NCBI RefSeq assembly: GCF_006345805.1
Contig: NC_042998.1
Coordinates: 118,668,001-118,732,000, forward strand
Direction: 5' to 3'
From: Octopus sinensis
Lineage: Eukaryota
DNA: 64,000 nucleotides
Shown here: one piece after another, positions 24,857-37,349 of the stretch
Position numbering within the stretch: the first letter of the stretch is position 1
Layout: each line of letters begins with the position of its first letter
Position numbers and translations under genes: made by a program
Notes under the pieces: generated by a model
What the model was told of the DNA's origin: nothing
Database searches by the model: none
What the model saw: only the letters and a program-made list of their open reading frames with translations

Positions 24857-25909
24857 CTAGTTTGTGAATCCACCTCTGATACGTGGCACTTGATCAACAA
24901 GGGAGTTCGATGCTGCTGCCCGCATCCGCGTCTCCTGTCGTGAGGTAGGTTCATCTGGGACTTCCAACAAGAAGAGATCCAGTTTAGTTTTAAAGAAACC
25001 CACATCCACACCATGTAAGTCTCTCAGGCATTTAGGGAGGATGTTGAAAAGCTGTGGTCCTCTGAAACCCAAGCTGTTGCAGTATCTGGACCTGTATTTT
25101 GATGGTGATGTTGGAATCCTTGGCACCACGCAGCGGCGCCCCGTTCTGCGGTTGGAGTAACTTTGAATGCCAAAGTTTGGGATAAGACCCTCCAGGATTT
25201 TCCAGATGTATATTACTGCATATCTCTCCCGCCTCCGCTCCAGGGAGAAGAGGTTTAATACCTTCAGTCTTTCCCAGTAGCTGACATTTTGCATTGAGAC
25301 GATTTTCTTTGTGTAGCTTCTCTGAGTTGCTTCGAGTTCTGCTGTTTGTTTTATATTGTGTGGTGACCAAAGTTGGGAGCAGTAGTCCAAGCGGCTGAGG
25401 ACAAATGTTTTCCATAGGACCATCAGTGTCTCCTTCTCTCTTGTTCTGAAAGTTCGGAGAATCCATCCAGCTAGCCGTCTGCATTTTATCACCAGATTAG
25501 CAATATGCATTTGGAAAGATGCATCATTGCTCATGTCAATGCCCAGGTCACGCACTGATTTTGACTCAGGGATTGCAATTCTTCCTGGGCCAGTGTATCC
25601 AGTCTTCACGTCATTTACCTTTGTGTGCCAGTAGCGCAGGGCCTGGAACTTACCTGCATTAAACTGCATGTTGTTGTCCTCAGCCCACCTGTATATTGTG
25701 TCCAGCTCATGTTGCAGATGCGCAATATTTTCAGGATTCTGTATTGCGTGGGAGACCTTTGTGTCATCTGCATAGCTAGCAAGGGTGGTCATCGTAGCAA
25801 CTGAAGGCATGTCTGAAAGGGCCACTATGAACATCAGTGGCCCCAAGACAGTGCCCTGTGGGACACCGCTTGTTATTTGCGTTTCCCTGGAGGTGGCTCC
25901 ATTGCTCAC
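24857..25909 (-). CDS. LINE ORF2, C-terminal part (350 aa: RT with YADD and C-terminal domain)
   Basis: ORF track; joins the upstream ORF if one A is restored in CAT AA(A) CTG CGT. Confidence 0.9.
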   Translation of the reverse strand: MSNGATSRETQITSGVPQGTVLGPLMFIVALSDMPSVATMTTLASYADDTKVSHAIQNPENIAHLQHELDTIYRWAEDNNMQFNAGKFQALRYWHTKVNDVKTGYTGPGRIAIPESKSVRDLGIDMSNDASFQMHIANLVIKCRRLAGWILRTFRTREKETLMVLWKTFVLSRLDYCSQLWSPHNIKQTAELEATQRSYTKKIVSMQNVSYWERLKVLNLFSLERRRERYAVIYIWKILEGLIPNFGIQSYSNRRTGRRCVVPRIPTSPSKYRSRYCNSLGFRGPQLFNILPKCLRDLHGVDVGFFKTKLDLFLLEVPDEPTSRQETRMRAAASNSLVDQVPRIRGGFTN

Positions 25910-25965
25910 AACTGCCTGTTTTCTGTCTTTTAGGAAGTTGTGCAGCCACTCTCCAAGTTTCCCGC

Positions 25966-27471
25966 CTATGCCGAGACCACGCAGTTATGACAGATCATAC
26001 CATGGTCGACTTTATCAAAGGCTTTTGCAAAGTCAAGATATATTACATCCACATTTGAGCCATTTAGTAGCTGTTTCAACACCCAGTCATAGTGCTGCAG
26101 GAGCTGTGTTAGGCAGCCTCTACCTGGTCGAAATCCATGCTGGGTGTCAGACAGTAAGTCATTTTCTTCAAGGAACATGATTAGTTTCTTACGGACTATT
26201 CGTTCCATGACTTTGCTGATGTGTGAGGTCAGAGAGATAGGCCTATAATTTTTAGCATCTGCTCTGCTACCTCCCTTATGGATAGGGCATATTACCCCCT
26301 CTTTCAGTTTGACTGGGAGCTTACCACTTGCAAGAAAGCTCTGAAAAAGAAGCTGTAGCGGTTTTGCAAGGGCTCGTTTGCACGATTTGAGAAGGATCGC
26401 TGGGAATCCATCAGGTCCAGCAGCTGAGTTTGTGTCAATCTCATCAATGGCTAGTGTGATATCATCTTCTTCGATGTTGATGTACTCAATTTTTGTCTCT
26501 TTGGCCGCTGGTAAAGTGGCAAAGAATTCTTCTGGGTTGTTTACTTGCCTGTGTCCTAGAGGTGTAGTGAACACACTTTGGAACTGTTCGTTCAGTATTT
26601 CACTTATCCTCGTGGGATTTCCTGTGAGAGAGCCATCTTTTTGGAAGAGAGGTCCTATTCTCTGGTGCACTGTGGCTGTCTCTTTGGCAAACTTAAAGAA
26701 AGCTTTAGGGTTTGATTTTATATTTTCTATTAACCAAGCTTCTTTATCTGCTCTCTCCTTTTCATGGGACTGATGTAGACTTTTCTCAGTTTCCATTAGC
26801 ATTCTTTCGAGCCGAGACTTCTCACCACTTTTGGTGTGCTTGCTCAGGCGGTTTGCAATCCTTGTCCGTCGTCTCATAAGAATCCTCCTTTCTCTAGGGA
26901 TCCTGTTTTTATTCTTGTGTGTGCTGGCCCTGCACATTGGGACATATTTGTCACATATGGCTTGTATTATGGACATGAAGTGTTTGTGTTTCATGTTTAT
27001 GTCCGGTGTGGAGAGACATTCAGGCCAATCCTGTTTGAGGATCTCTTTCTCAATCGACTTCCAGTTGGCTTTATGAAAGTTTAAGTTGGAGAGATGGTGG
27101 GTGCTTCGTATAGGCTGTGTGTCTGCGGGGGCTTTTGTTCCATACATAGACAGCTCTATTATGTTGTGATCCGAGATCATTGTCGGCATCACATTAACAT
27201 TATGGATAATATCCATATTGTTTGTAAAGCAGAGATCCAGTATATTATCTGCCCTTGTTGGTTGCAGAACTATTTGCTCCATGAAAGAGGTATTTGTGAG
27301 ATGGAGCAGGGACTCCACCTGTGCCTGCTGATGGTGTGTCATCCCTGGGAGCATCTGCCCCCCAGGCCATTCCACATTGGGGAGGTTAAAGTCACCCATG
27401 AAGAATACACTGTTGTGCTGTTCAAGGTTGGTGAGGACTTCTCCTATTTTTGTTAGGCAGTCTTCAAACAT
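25966..27471 (-). CDS. LINE ORF2, N-terminal part (501 aa: endonuclease C-terminus, linker, RT domains up to DFAKAFD)
   Basis: ORF track; the frame continues upstream to ~27540 (YRPPDAPK). Confidence 0.9.
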   Translation of the reverse strand: MFEDCLTKIGEVLTNLEQHNSVFFMGDFNLPNVEWPGGQMLPGMTHHQQAQVESLLHLTNTSFMEQIVLQPTRADNILDLCFTNNMDIIHNVNVMPTMISDHNIIELSMYGTKAPADTQPIRSTHHLSNLNFHKANWKSIEKEILKQDWPECLSTPDINMKHKHFMSIIQAICDKYVPMCRASTHKNKNRIPRERRILMRRRTRIANRLSKHTKSGEKSRLERMLMETEKSLHQSHEKERADKEAWLIENIKSNPKAFFKFAKETATVHQRIGPLFQKDGSLTGNPTRISEILNEQFQSVFTTPLGHRQVNNPEEFFATLPAAKETKIEYINIEEDDITLAIDEIDTNSAAGPDGFPAILLKSCKRALAKPLQLLFQSFLASGKLPVKLKEGVICPIHKGGSRADAKNYRPISLTSHISKVMERIVRKKLIMFLEENDLLSDTQHGFRPGRGCLTQLLQHYDWVLKQLLNGSNVDVIYLDFAKAFDKVDHGMICHNCVVSA

Positions 27472-27544
27472 GCCTGAGTGTTTTGGGGCGTCTGGTGGGC
27501 GATATGTAGTGCATATGACGATATTCAGTTGTCTTATGTGTACA

Positions 27545-27604
<60 letters not shown>

Positions 27605-29020
27605 ATGTATGTATGTATGTATATATTCTTTCTTGTGTGTGCGAGACTTTGATTATTTCAAGCAGAGTATATATAGATATATTCTCTCTTATGGGCGTGA
27701 GTTTTGGATTGTTTGATTGTTTGTATAGGGTTGACTAAGATATATGTAAATGTTCTTATGTGTGTTAGGCTTTGATTATCTGAAGATAGAAAAGAAGTAT
27801 ATGTATAGATATGTTCTCCTATATAGAGGGAGATATATGTATACATACATACATACATACATACATATTTTCTAAGTAAGATTGTTCTTGATATTAATTT
27901 TGATGCACTTCTTAACCTTTCTGTCCCCTCCCTTTCTCAGCCTTCATTCTTTCTGATTTCCTTTTCTTCTACTTAACTGTCTCTCCCTCTCTCTCATTCT
28001 TTACTCTCTCTCTCTCTCTCTCTCTCTCATTCTTCATTCTTTCTGGTTTCCTCACAACCATTCCCCTTTCTTCTCTCCCTTTCTCTTACTCCTCCTCCCC
28101 CTCCTCCCACCCGCCGTTAACCCGCGACGAGAGCCTTGCCACCTTCTTTCTCGCCTGACCTTCTTGAGGTGTCGACGGCAATTTTCTTTGCTCCCTTTGC
28201 CGTCCACAGAAACAGCGTTCGTAATACTTTTTTTCGTTCGGCTTAACAGCCCTTCTTGTCTTGTTATTTTCCTTGTCCTGTCTTTTACTGCTTATATTTT
28301 GTACTGTCCTGTTTTTGTTACCATTTTTACCCCTCTGCAAAAAGATCTCAAATTTTATTTGATTTGCTTTTCGCAGGAAGGAAAGTTTCTATCGAAGATG
28401 CGTCTCACCTTCACCTTCGAAAACGCAGAGTAGATGAAACCATGACGACTGAAGAAGGTGTTTTTTCCTTGTGTTATTTGGCCTGTACTCTATTTTTTTG
28501 TTGTTTAAGAAAAATGTCCAGTTCCTTGGGTTTGTGTCTATGTTTTCGTTTCTCATTGTGTACGACGTTCTTTTGGTGTCCTGTACTCATATATGCGTGT
28601 ATATATACATGTAGAGGTAGGTACGTACATATATGTATATATATATGCTTATGTTTTATTTATTAATATATATATATATATATATATATAGATGAAGATA
28701 GTTTGATTCAAATTCCTTGGTACACTGAGTTTGATTCGAACTGTTTTGATCCATACATGAACTCCCAATAAACGCGTTGAGTGCCTTCTTTCGTTCGTCT
28801 ACACACTTAAATGTGTATGTTTGAATAGTTATGGTGTATTCTGTTAAAAGCGTACTAGAGTACAGTATAGAACTCGTCCACCTATAGATTTACCCTGAGC
28901 TATCCAGTAGTAGTATTTTATGTTCCTCTATGTTTGCATTTGGGCATTAGTCGTGTATGAATAGATAATTGATAAAATTGGTGTCAAATAGAAGGAGTAA
29001 GGCTGGACATTTATTTTTTA

Positions 29021-29324
29021 ATCACTACAATTGTTTCTACGCAGCGTAGTTCTCCAGGTGTGCAGGTACTTGATTATGCAACCGTTTCCCTCGTTTATGA
29101 TATTTAATTGTATTTCCTCAAGTGATAAGTAAATATTCTCTACACATGTTAAAAACCCTCGGCTGAATTTAATGGTAATCACTGAGCTTATCAGGGTCTT
29201 CTGTTGCTGCAGGGCCTTTGGCAAACTCCTTTGAATGTGTAGATGTAGTGGGATGGTGATTCTGCTACTGTTAAATTGGATGCCGTTCTAAAAGAATTTG
29301 CATTTGATTTCTTTGTACTGTTGA
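29021..29324 (-). mobile_element. Second copy of repeat family E with a decayed hammerhead-like 3' end
   Basis: Reverse complement of 23162-23440, extended by gctgcgta GAAA CAATTG TA gtgat. Confidence 0.8.
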
Positions 29325-29529
29325 TTTGTTCTTCTTGGCTGGTTACACGTGCGATTGTCCTTAGCTGACCTTTAAGATTCGGCCTATATTTACAGATACG
29401 TGTTGGTTCACATATACTTCCATATACGTACTAACACTCGGACACATACACACACGCCCACACACACACATATATATATATATAAACATTCACATAATAT
29501 ACGTATATACACACACACACACACACACG

Positions 29530-29576
<47 letters not shown>

Positions 29577-29803
29577 ATGCTTATATATATATATATACAC
29601 ATGAATATATATGCGTTTATGCACACACGCTCACATATAGGGATTTGTACGCGCACTCACATACATATGTATATAAACATAGATATACTCGAACGCATAT
29701 ATACACATATACTTGTTGTGAATACACATGCAGATATAAATATATTCACACATATACATATATACATATATATACATGTGCGTGCGTGTGTGTGTGTAAG
29801 TAA

Positions 29804-29847
<44 letters not shown>

Positions 29848-29859
29848 ATATATATATAT

Positions 29860-29921
<62 letters not shown>

Positions 29922-30229
29922 GTGACGTAAATTTGCCATCACGATGTGTTGTAGCTACTGTTTACAACTCGCTCTGATATTTATTATTGCTTATATATAT
30001 ATATATATATATAATTATAACAATAAGGGTTTGCAACAGGTTGCATGACCACATACCGAAAATTTTAGAAATAGCAGCCAAAGGACTAAATTTGTTCATT
30101 TTATTAAATTAATCATCTTTCACCCTATATCTGTAATGAATATATATATATGTATATATGGGTGTGTGTGTGTGCGTTTGCACACGTGTATACACACACA
30201 TACATACATGTATATATACATACATATTT

Positions 30230-30325
30230 AATTGGTTTTGTTAGTAAATGCTTAAAGGAAAATCTGGATAAACTGGGATTTTCAGAAAGTGAAATCGACC
30301 GGCTAATTCGTACATTACAAATGCA
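30230..30325 (+). mobile_element. C-terminal fragment of an RLE-type non-LTR element (tentative)
   Basis: GFVSKCLKENLDKLGFSESEIDRLIRTLQ, resembling the GALGxVxKxLxxxLxxLG end of RLE ORFs. Confidence 0.4.
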
Positions 30326-31417
30326 AGACTTTTTTCATGTTACAAATGTGGATTTATCAGTGTTAATTACATCCCAAAGATGGAGGCTTTTATCTTCGTT
30401 GGAAACCGGCTCTCTCCTCAGTGGAAGATTTATAATAATTAAAATATAGAAGAAACATACATACCTTTCGGTTGCATTCGGACTTAATAAAAACCTTCTG
30501 CTGCGAGAAGAGTAACTTGATATAAAAAAAGAAAAATGTCCTCTTTGACATTTTAAAACCTGTTTTCAACTGCAAAAGATATCAATGGATTCTGAAAGAA
30601 CAAGGATTATTTGTGTAAAGGACAAAAAATACACACTCCTAGGTTATAGCAATTACTCATACTCAGTTAATTCATTTTTGGAAAAAAAAAAAAAAACGTG
30701 AAATACAAAATTTACATTCCGCTTAAGTTAATTTAATAGTGCTTAACGTGCTTTATGTTATAACCTTAAATGAAATAAATCTTATCACACAACATCCATA
30801 AACGTAAATTTGGTTTTATGTAGCATAAAATTGGAAACTTTAACATTGTGTAACCATTATTCAATTTTGAGAGAAAAAATCCCCTTCTGATAAGCAATAA
30901 AAGTTTAATAAGGTGTTATATTCTGTATAACCGAAAAGGTCTGCTGCTTTCACCATATTTTCTGATCCCATTATAAGTATACTGATATCCGTAATGTAAT
31001 TGGATTTCTCTTTCCGCAAAATGAAACTTCAACGATCTCACTTTTACTAGAAATATACAAAATAAAATAAAGTAAAAATGTTCTCAATGTAACGGCAGGG
31101 TACCTGTTCGTATAATTTTCCCTTTAAGAAATGGAATTTTCACATGTTATTCGTAAGTTTGCCATAAGCTTCGTGATTTATATCCAATGACTTATAAATA
31201 GGTGTGTCCGTGTGTGTAAATGTGTGTCTGTCTATGTCTGTGTGTGTGCACGCGTGCACATGTTTGTGCGTATGTGTGTGTGCATAAACAGATATATAGA
31301 TAGAGAGAGACAGACAGACAGATAGACAGACAGACAGATAGATAGATAGATAGATAGATATATTTTTATCATTTACTCTTTTAAGTCATTAGACTGTCGC
31401 CATGCTAGGGCACTGCC

Positions 31418-31492
<75 letters not shown>

Positions 31493-31883
31493 ATATATAC
31501 ATATACAGGCTAAATGTCACTGGTTTATCAAGTTGCCAGTAGGCTTATTCAAAGATATATCTAAGCGACAGAAGCTCTCAGCAGGAATGCTCCAGTATCC
31601 AGGGTTCTTATAATATATTCATGTTTACTAGGATATAAATGGTGCCATCATTCCGTGAGCAATGTGCGATATCTGTGACTGAAAAAACACTTTACATATA
31701 GTTTGCAGCGACATTTGGGTGGTATGCTTCTTCGGTTTAAAACTGCTTCCGTCGGTAACATATATATCATATATATATGTTTGGTGATACTAGTTGCGGA
31801 TTCTAGCTCGCTCTGATACTGAGTTGAGTTGGTGCCTTCTAGTATCTAAAAATTCAATATATAATCATTTATGATTATATTAT

Positions 31884-31984
31884 TCTACGCTGAAGAGAAA
31901 AGAAGTTTTTGGTAAGATAGAATTATTTAATATTTAATTCTTATGCTTTCCTAAAAACTTGATTTCGAAACGTACGTCCGTAGA
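31884..31984 (+). ncRNA. Type-I hammerhead ribozyme, family D copy 1; predicted cleavage after C31978
   Basis: tctacg CTGAAGA [gaaa..aagttttt..aaaaactt..tttc long stem II] GAAA CGTACG TC cgtaga. Confidence 0.85.
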
Positions 31985-32477
31985 TAACTTAAAATTGTAT
32001 GATAGATTGCCGTCAATTCATTCTCTTTTACCTGTTTGTGTCTGCCTTCCAATTGCTGTTTTTACTGAGATCTCCCTTTTTAGTAGAAGAAATAGCTATA
32101 ACTCTTTGACTGCTATTTCTAAATTCGGTATGTGGTAAGGCAATTCGTTGCTAAACCCTTTATTGCTTAGTATTACTTAAATTTTCCTCGAATGAGGCTT
32201 TTACATGCCGAAGACTACTTGGTGTAATTGATAATTATTCCAAATTAATTAATTTCACCCTTCATTATTACGGATAACCATATTTTATCTCAGTAGATGA
32301 CCACAGCATCTTGTTTTGGCTACACGCGGGTGGGAAGGGGCTGGTGACACAATCTTTTCATTCAAGCATTGAGTTTGGTGATACTAGTTGCGGATTCTAG
32401 CTCGCTCTGATACTGAGTTGAGTTGGTGCCTTCTAGTATCTCAAAATTCAATATATAATCATTTATGATTATATTAT

Positions 32478-32578
32478 TCTACGCTGAAGAGAAAAGAAGT
32501 TTTTGGTAAGATAGAATTATTTAATATTTAATTCTTATGCTTTCCTAAAAACTTGATTTCGAAACGTACGTCCGTAGA
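32478..32578 (+). ncRNA. Type-I hammerhead ribozyme, family D copy 2; predicted cleavage after C32572
   Basis: Identical motif to copy 1. Confidence 0.85.
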
Positions 32579-32781
32579 TAACTTAAAATTGTATGATAGA
32601 TTGCCGTCAATTCATTCTCTCTTACCTGTTTGTGTCTGCCTTCCAATTGCTGTTTTTACTGAGATCTCCCTTTTTAGTAGAAGAAATAGCTATAACTCTT
32701 TGACTGCTATTTCTAAATTCGGTATGTGGTAAGGCAATTCGTTGCTAAACCCTTTATTGCTTAGTATATATATATACATAT

Positions 32782-32888
<107 letters not shown>

Positions 32889-34199
32889 TATGTACACACA
32901 CAGAGAGGACATGACCCAAGTTTAGAACTGTATTTGTTCTTCAATAATGCGAAACAGAAACATGTGAAGAGAATTCGTTCTATTTAGGCGAAGCTTGTTG
33001 CCGCTTATTTTCTATGGTTGTAAACATCACACATTATATATATAAACAATGGGAAGACCTGCGTGTTAATTCAGATATCATCAAGAGAAACTTACCACCA
33101 TTGCTTTTCTCGAAAAATATATCTGTATGTATGTGCGTGTGTGTGTCCGTGAGTGTAGAAGTATATCTACTTTTCTCTCTCATACATATTGTACTGTATG
33201 CTTTTAGCCACACATTGATTTTCTTAATTTTCTAATTAAATATATGTTACTTGTTTCGTGGTTCATGCACAAATATAGTTGTGCGTTTGGATTATGTATA
33301 ACATCTATTTGCTGAAATACAACGAAAATTATTTGGAAAATGTTATCGATGAATTTACATGCAGTTAATCTATTGTTTGGTAATAATTTACAAATTTCAG
33401 TCGAGAAATTGATCAATTCTGGGTTTTCAAAACTGAACAATATGGTCGGAAGTGGAATGAAGAGGGACATTACAGAGATACGAAGATATCTGAAATATGG
33501 AAGAAAGCTTCTGAGAATGCAAATATGGCAATTAAGGAGACAATTATTACACAGCAGCATGCAGAGTTTAGAGATGTTGAATTTTCCATGAATATTTCGT
33601 TGTATTGCATAAAAATGTAATACCGATAAACCTTGGGTATGAAATCATCTTTGTAAGAAAGTCAAAAAAGATTCCAAAATCTAGTATGACCAAAAGATTC
33701 AACTGGAGTGCAGTGTTGGCCGTTAAAAATATGGCCACATGAAAGCAAGTTCCACAAATTTTCCAATTAAATTTAAACATGTGTGTGGTGGGACGACTAA
33801 AGTATAAGATGAGGGGCCAACTGTTTGCAGAGAATAGTAAAACATGGATGTTTTGGAGTTATTGTATAGGCGTCAGTTTGCTTGAGAGATAGATAGATAT
33901 ATAGATAGATAGACAGCCAGACAGACACTTAGGTAGATAGAGAGAGAGAGAAGGAGAGAGAGAGAGAAGGAGAGAGAGAGAAGGAGAGAGAGAGAAGGAG
34001 AGAGAGAGAGAAGGAGAGAGAGAGAGAGAATTAGAGTATATTTTGATTGAAAATCATTTAAATAGCCTTTAGTACTGTAAAATAGTTGGAAAGTATATAT
34101 ATCACCCACCTGTTTCTATATAGGAAATGATACAAATACCAATCTTTTGCTAGATGAAATGTGATACCATCACCAGTTTTGAAAAGAATTCTCGGAAAC

Positions 34200-34440
34200 A
34201 AATCTCTGTGAAAGTTTCTTCAAAACCCTGATAATATTCCAATAGAACAGATATGGGAACATCTTAATAGAAGATTGTGAGCATGCTCATCCAAACGTAC
34301 ATCTGCTACAGTAATGAAAGAAATTTTAAATACAAAGTGGATACAATGGAATCGTTCGTCATTGATTCCACACATAACCTGGTGAGAACCGGAACATTAA
34401 CTAAAGGACGATTTGCAAAATAGAGCAAAACTACCTTTAT
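34200..34440 (+). mobile_element. Tc1-like transposase C-terminal remnant
   Basis: PDNIPIEQIWEHLNRRL, resembling SPDLNPIExxWxxLxRRL. Confidence 0.6.
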
Positions 34441-36682
34441 TTTGAATAGTATTTCATAATGTTATCACAAGTAAACTTAAGGTTACATTTTGCCACTCTG
34501 GCAATAGTTATCGTTTTACACGAGCTTGAGGGACATGCATCCTTGAATAACATTCTACTGGTTATTTTTACTGCTGAATATATACCCACTGTACTCATTT
34601 CTCTCTTTACTGCTAAAGAACAACCTAAGTGACACGATGTTGCACTCGAAGGCCGTCTTGACTGATTTTATTCTCCTTCCGGCACTCCTCCATTCAACAT
34701 ACCTCCTGCCGTAGTCACTGTTGGTGTGCAACTTAACGGTTGTCCCGGTTGTCTGCGAGATGGGTCGAGTTGACGTTTGGCTTTCATCCTTTAAGTAATT
34801 TTCTTCCTCATTCTCTCTCTTTCTCTCTCCCTCCCATTTCTCCCGCTCCCTCTCGTTCCAAGATCCACCTTGTACCCTTATATCACGGTGATTCGCTCCC
34901 AGATGTTTGTAAAATATGCCCGTACCTCTTGAAATAATCAGAGCTTAGGTGTTAATTTACTGAGTAGCTATCCAGGTGTTCGAACAACTGAATGCATAGA
35001 ATAAAGATGCTAGAAAATATACCACAAACTAATTTCATATTTCTTTAATAATGTGTAGATATGACAAATAAATTTAAGATAATGTTATTTTTTTCATTAG
35101 AGATTCTGTAACCAGGGGATATAACATTGTAGACCATGTGATGGTATAATGACGTTAGATAATAGAGTGATATTTCCCTCTCTTGGTAGGTTATAAGACA
35201 CTTTTAGGTTTTTACCTAGGAAATAATCATGTTCTCAACCATGCAAGCAAACCAATATATCGTCTGCTAATTACATAATGACCAACCATAATTTCTGCTT
35301 CAGTAATTCGATAGGGAGCTGTGTCAATGCTTTTACCTTGGATGTGTGTGTCTCCATTTCAATCCCATTTGATTTTAAAAATAATATTTTTTTCATTCCT
35401 ATACAAATACCTACAATGAATTTAATTCTCTTCATCAATGTCTTGTCTTTGTAATTATATTCGTTTTACGTAAATCGTAATTTTTTTCATTACAATTGCT
35501 GTGTAAATAATCTATAACTAACATTGTCGACTTTTTCATTATCTATGTTGGTGCCATCGCATTGTTATAGTTATTATCGCTGCTATCATCGTTATTGTTT
35601 CATTGAATACTACCTGCGAGTAGCGTCCTTTCGGAACAGCAACAGACACTAATTGAAATATATGTACGTGAAATTAAAAATTCAGTAATAAATAGAATTA
35701 CGTTTAAATTAAGTAAGAAAACAGCAAATTATATTAAACTCAGTTGTCATAATGCTAGCTAATTAACCTCACAAGTACGTTTTAATTATACGTGAACATA
35801 TTGCACATTTAAACTAAGTATTTTATATAAGTTTAACATCTTTATTCTATTGCTTTTTCTATATGTTTATATAAAAGTTTATATAAAAGTTTTCAAAAAG
35901 TTTATTTTCTAGACTATCATTCAGAATATAAGCAACTGTCAGTAATGTAATACCATTTGTTTATATATACGGAATATATTTTAACGTATCATTCTATTAT
36001 TGGTAACTGGTTCTTTTGTTGCCAAGCTCAAGATGTTAACTTCAAAATCATCAAATTTAATTTCAAATCTAAAATTACAATCGTAAAAAAAAGAGGGAGT
36101 AAAAACAGAAATTTTATATGCTTTATCAACTTTACATTCATCAATAGAATATAACACTTTTTTGTATGATATTATTCTCTCATATTTTGTTTCTGGCTAC
36201 GTGCAATATATGCTACATAGGATATACAAAATATAATTACACGCTTTTATATTAAGAATTGAGTGTTTATATCTTTTGTGTTTCCTATGTTCTCCAAAAC
36301 ACAAAGGAATTCAGATAAAAGTAAGCATACAAAAGTTTTATATCGTACTTATCTCATACAGAAAACTTTAATATTTCTATTTCATCGCATTCATGAACTC
36401 TCATAGTCACATCAACAGATTCACATATATTAATTTTATTTATTGATATCGTCTCCTGTATCGAATAAATATAAATTCATATACAGATTTATATGTGTAT
36501 ATGCATGAATATATGTATATATGTGTGTATATACACACACACACGTACGCACGTATACATATATATATTCATGTGTGTGTGTGGTAATGTTAAATGTATA
36601 CATATACATACATATATAAATGTGTGTATATATATCTATATATCTATCTATCTATCTATATATATCTATATATATATATATA

Positions 36683-36719
<37 letters not shown>

Positions 36720-37078
36720 TGTATGCGTTCTGATGCGTTCATGTCTATGTATGTACTTCTGTATACAAACATAAACCATAAACTTAAATAATTTTAACTT
36801 TAGCACACACACATACACAGATACACACACATTTACTTAAGCTATAATTACATTCTGTGTTCATTACATTTATAAAGGATAGCCAGTTACTTTTTGAAGG
36901 ATCTAAAATCGATATCGGATCAGAATATTTATTCATCAGACATTTTAAAAAATATTGCTTTCAACAATAATTGGATGTTTTACGCAAGTATACTCCTGGG
37001 TAAGTATTTGTATATGTGCATATATCTGTGTAATTATCTACGTTAAAAAACATTCAGGCGCCCACACTTACACACGTG

Positions 37079-37122
<44 letters not shown>

Positions 37123-37284
37123 GTGTGCACGCGTGCGGAGACTGAAAGATAGAGAAAGAGAGAGAGAAACAAAGGCTGAATGAGACAATACCATGAAGAT
37201 ATACATATCTTTAGAATATTTGATAGATCAATATATAGTTACATATGCATAGTTGCGTGTGTGTGTGCGCACGCACGCGTATGT

Positions 37285-37349
<65 letters not shown>

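Larger units (their letters stand above)
24800..27540 (-). mobile_element. Young 5'-truncated CR1/L2-type LINE (APE C-terminus plus RT) with 3' UTR
   Basis: YRPP, MGDFNLP, SDHNII, SAAGPDG, YRPISLTS, QHGFRPGR, YLDFAKAFD, SGVPQGTVLGP, YADDTK, SLERRRER; one visible frameshift near 25986. Confidence 0.95.
31779..32767 (+). mobile_element. Retrozyme-like or tandem pseudo-LTR unit: 395-bp direct repeats (31779-32173, 32373-32767) with a 199-bp spacer, family D
   Basis: Repeats are offset by exactly 594 nt; I saw only 2 differences; each holds a hammerhead. Confidence 0.9.

Noticed and set aside
28160-28225. Hairpin gacggcaa/ttgccgtc followed by GAAAC as another hammerhead
   Set aside because: The upstream heptamer TTGAGGT is non-canonical and no stem I complement follows the putative cleavage site.
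31779-32767. LTR retrotransposon or TRIM interpretation of the direct repeats
   Set aside because: No TG..CA termini, PBS, adjacent PPT or TSD are visible.
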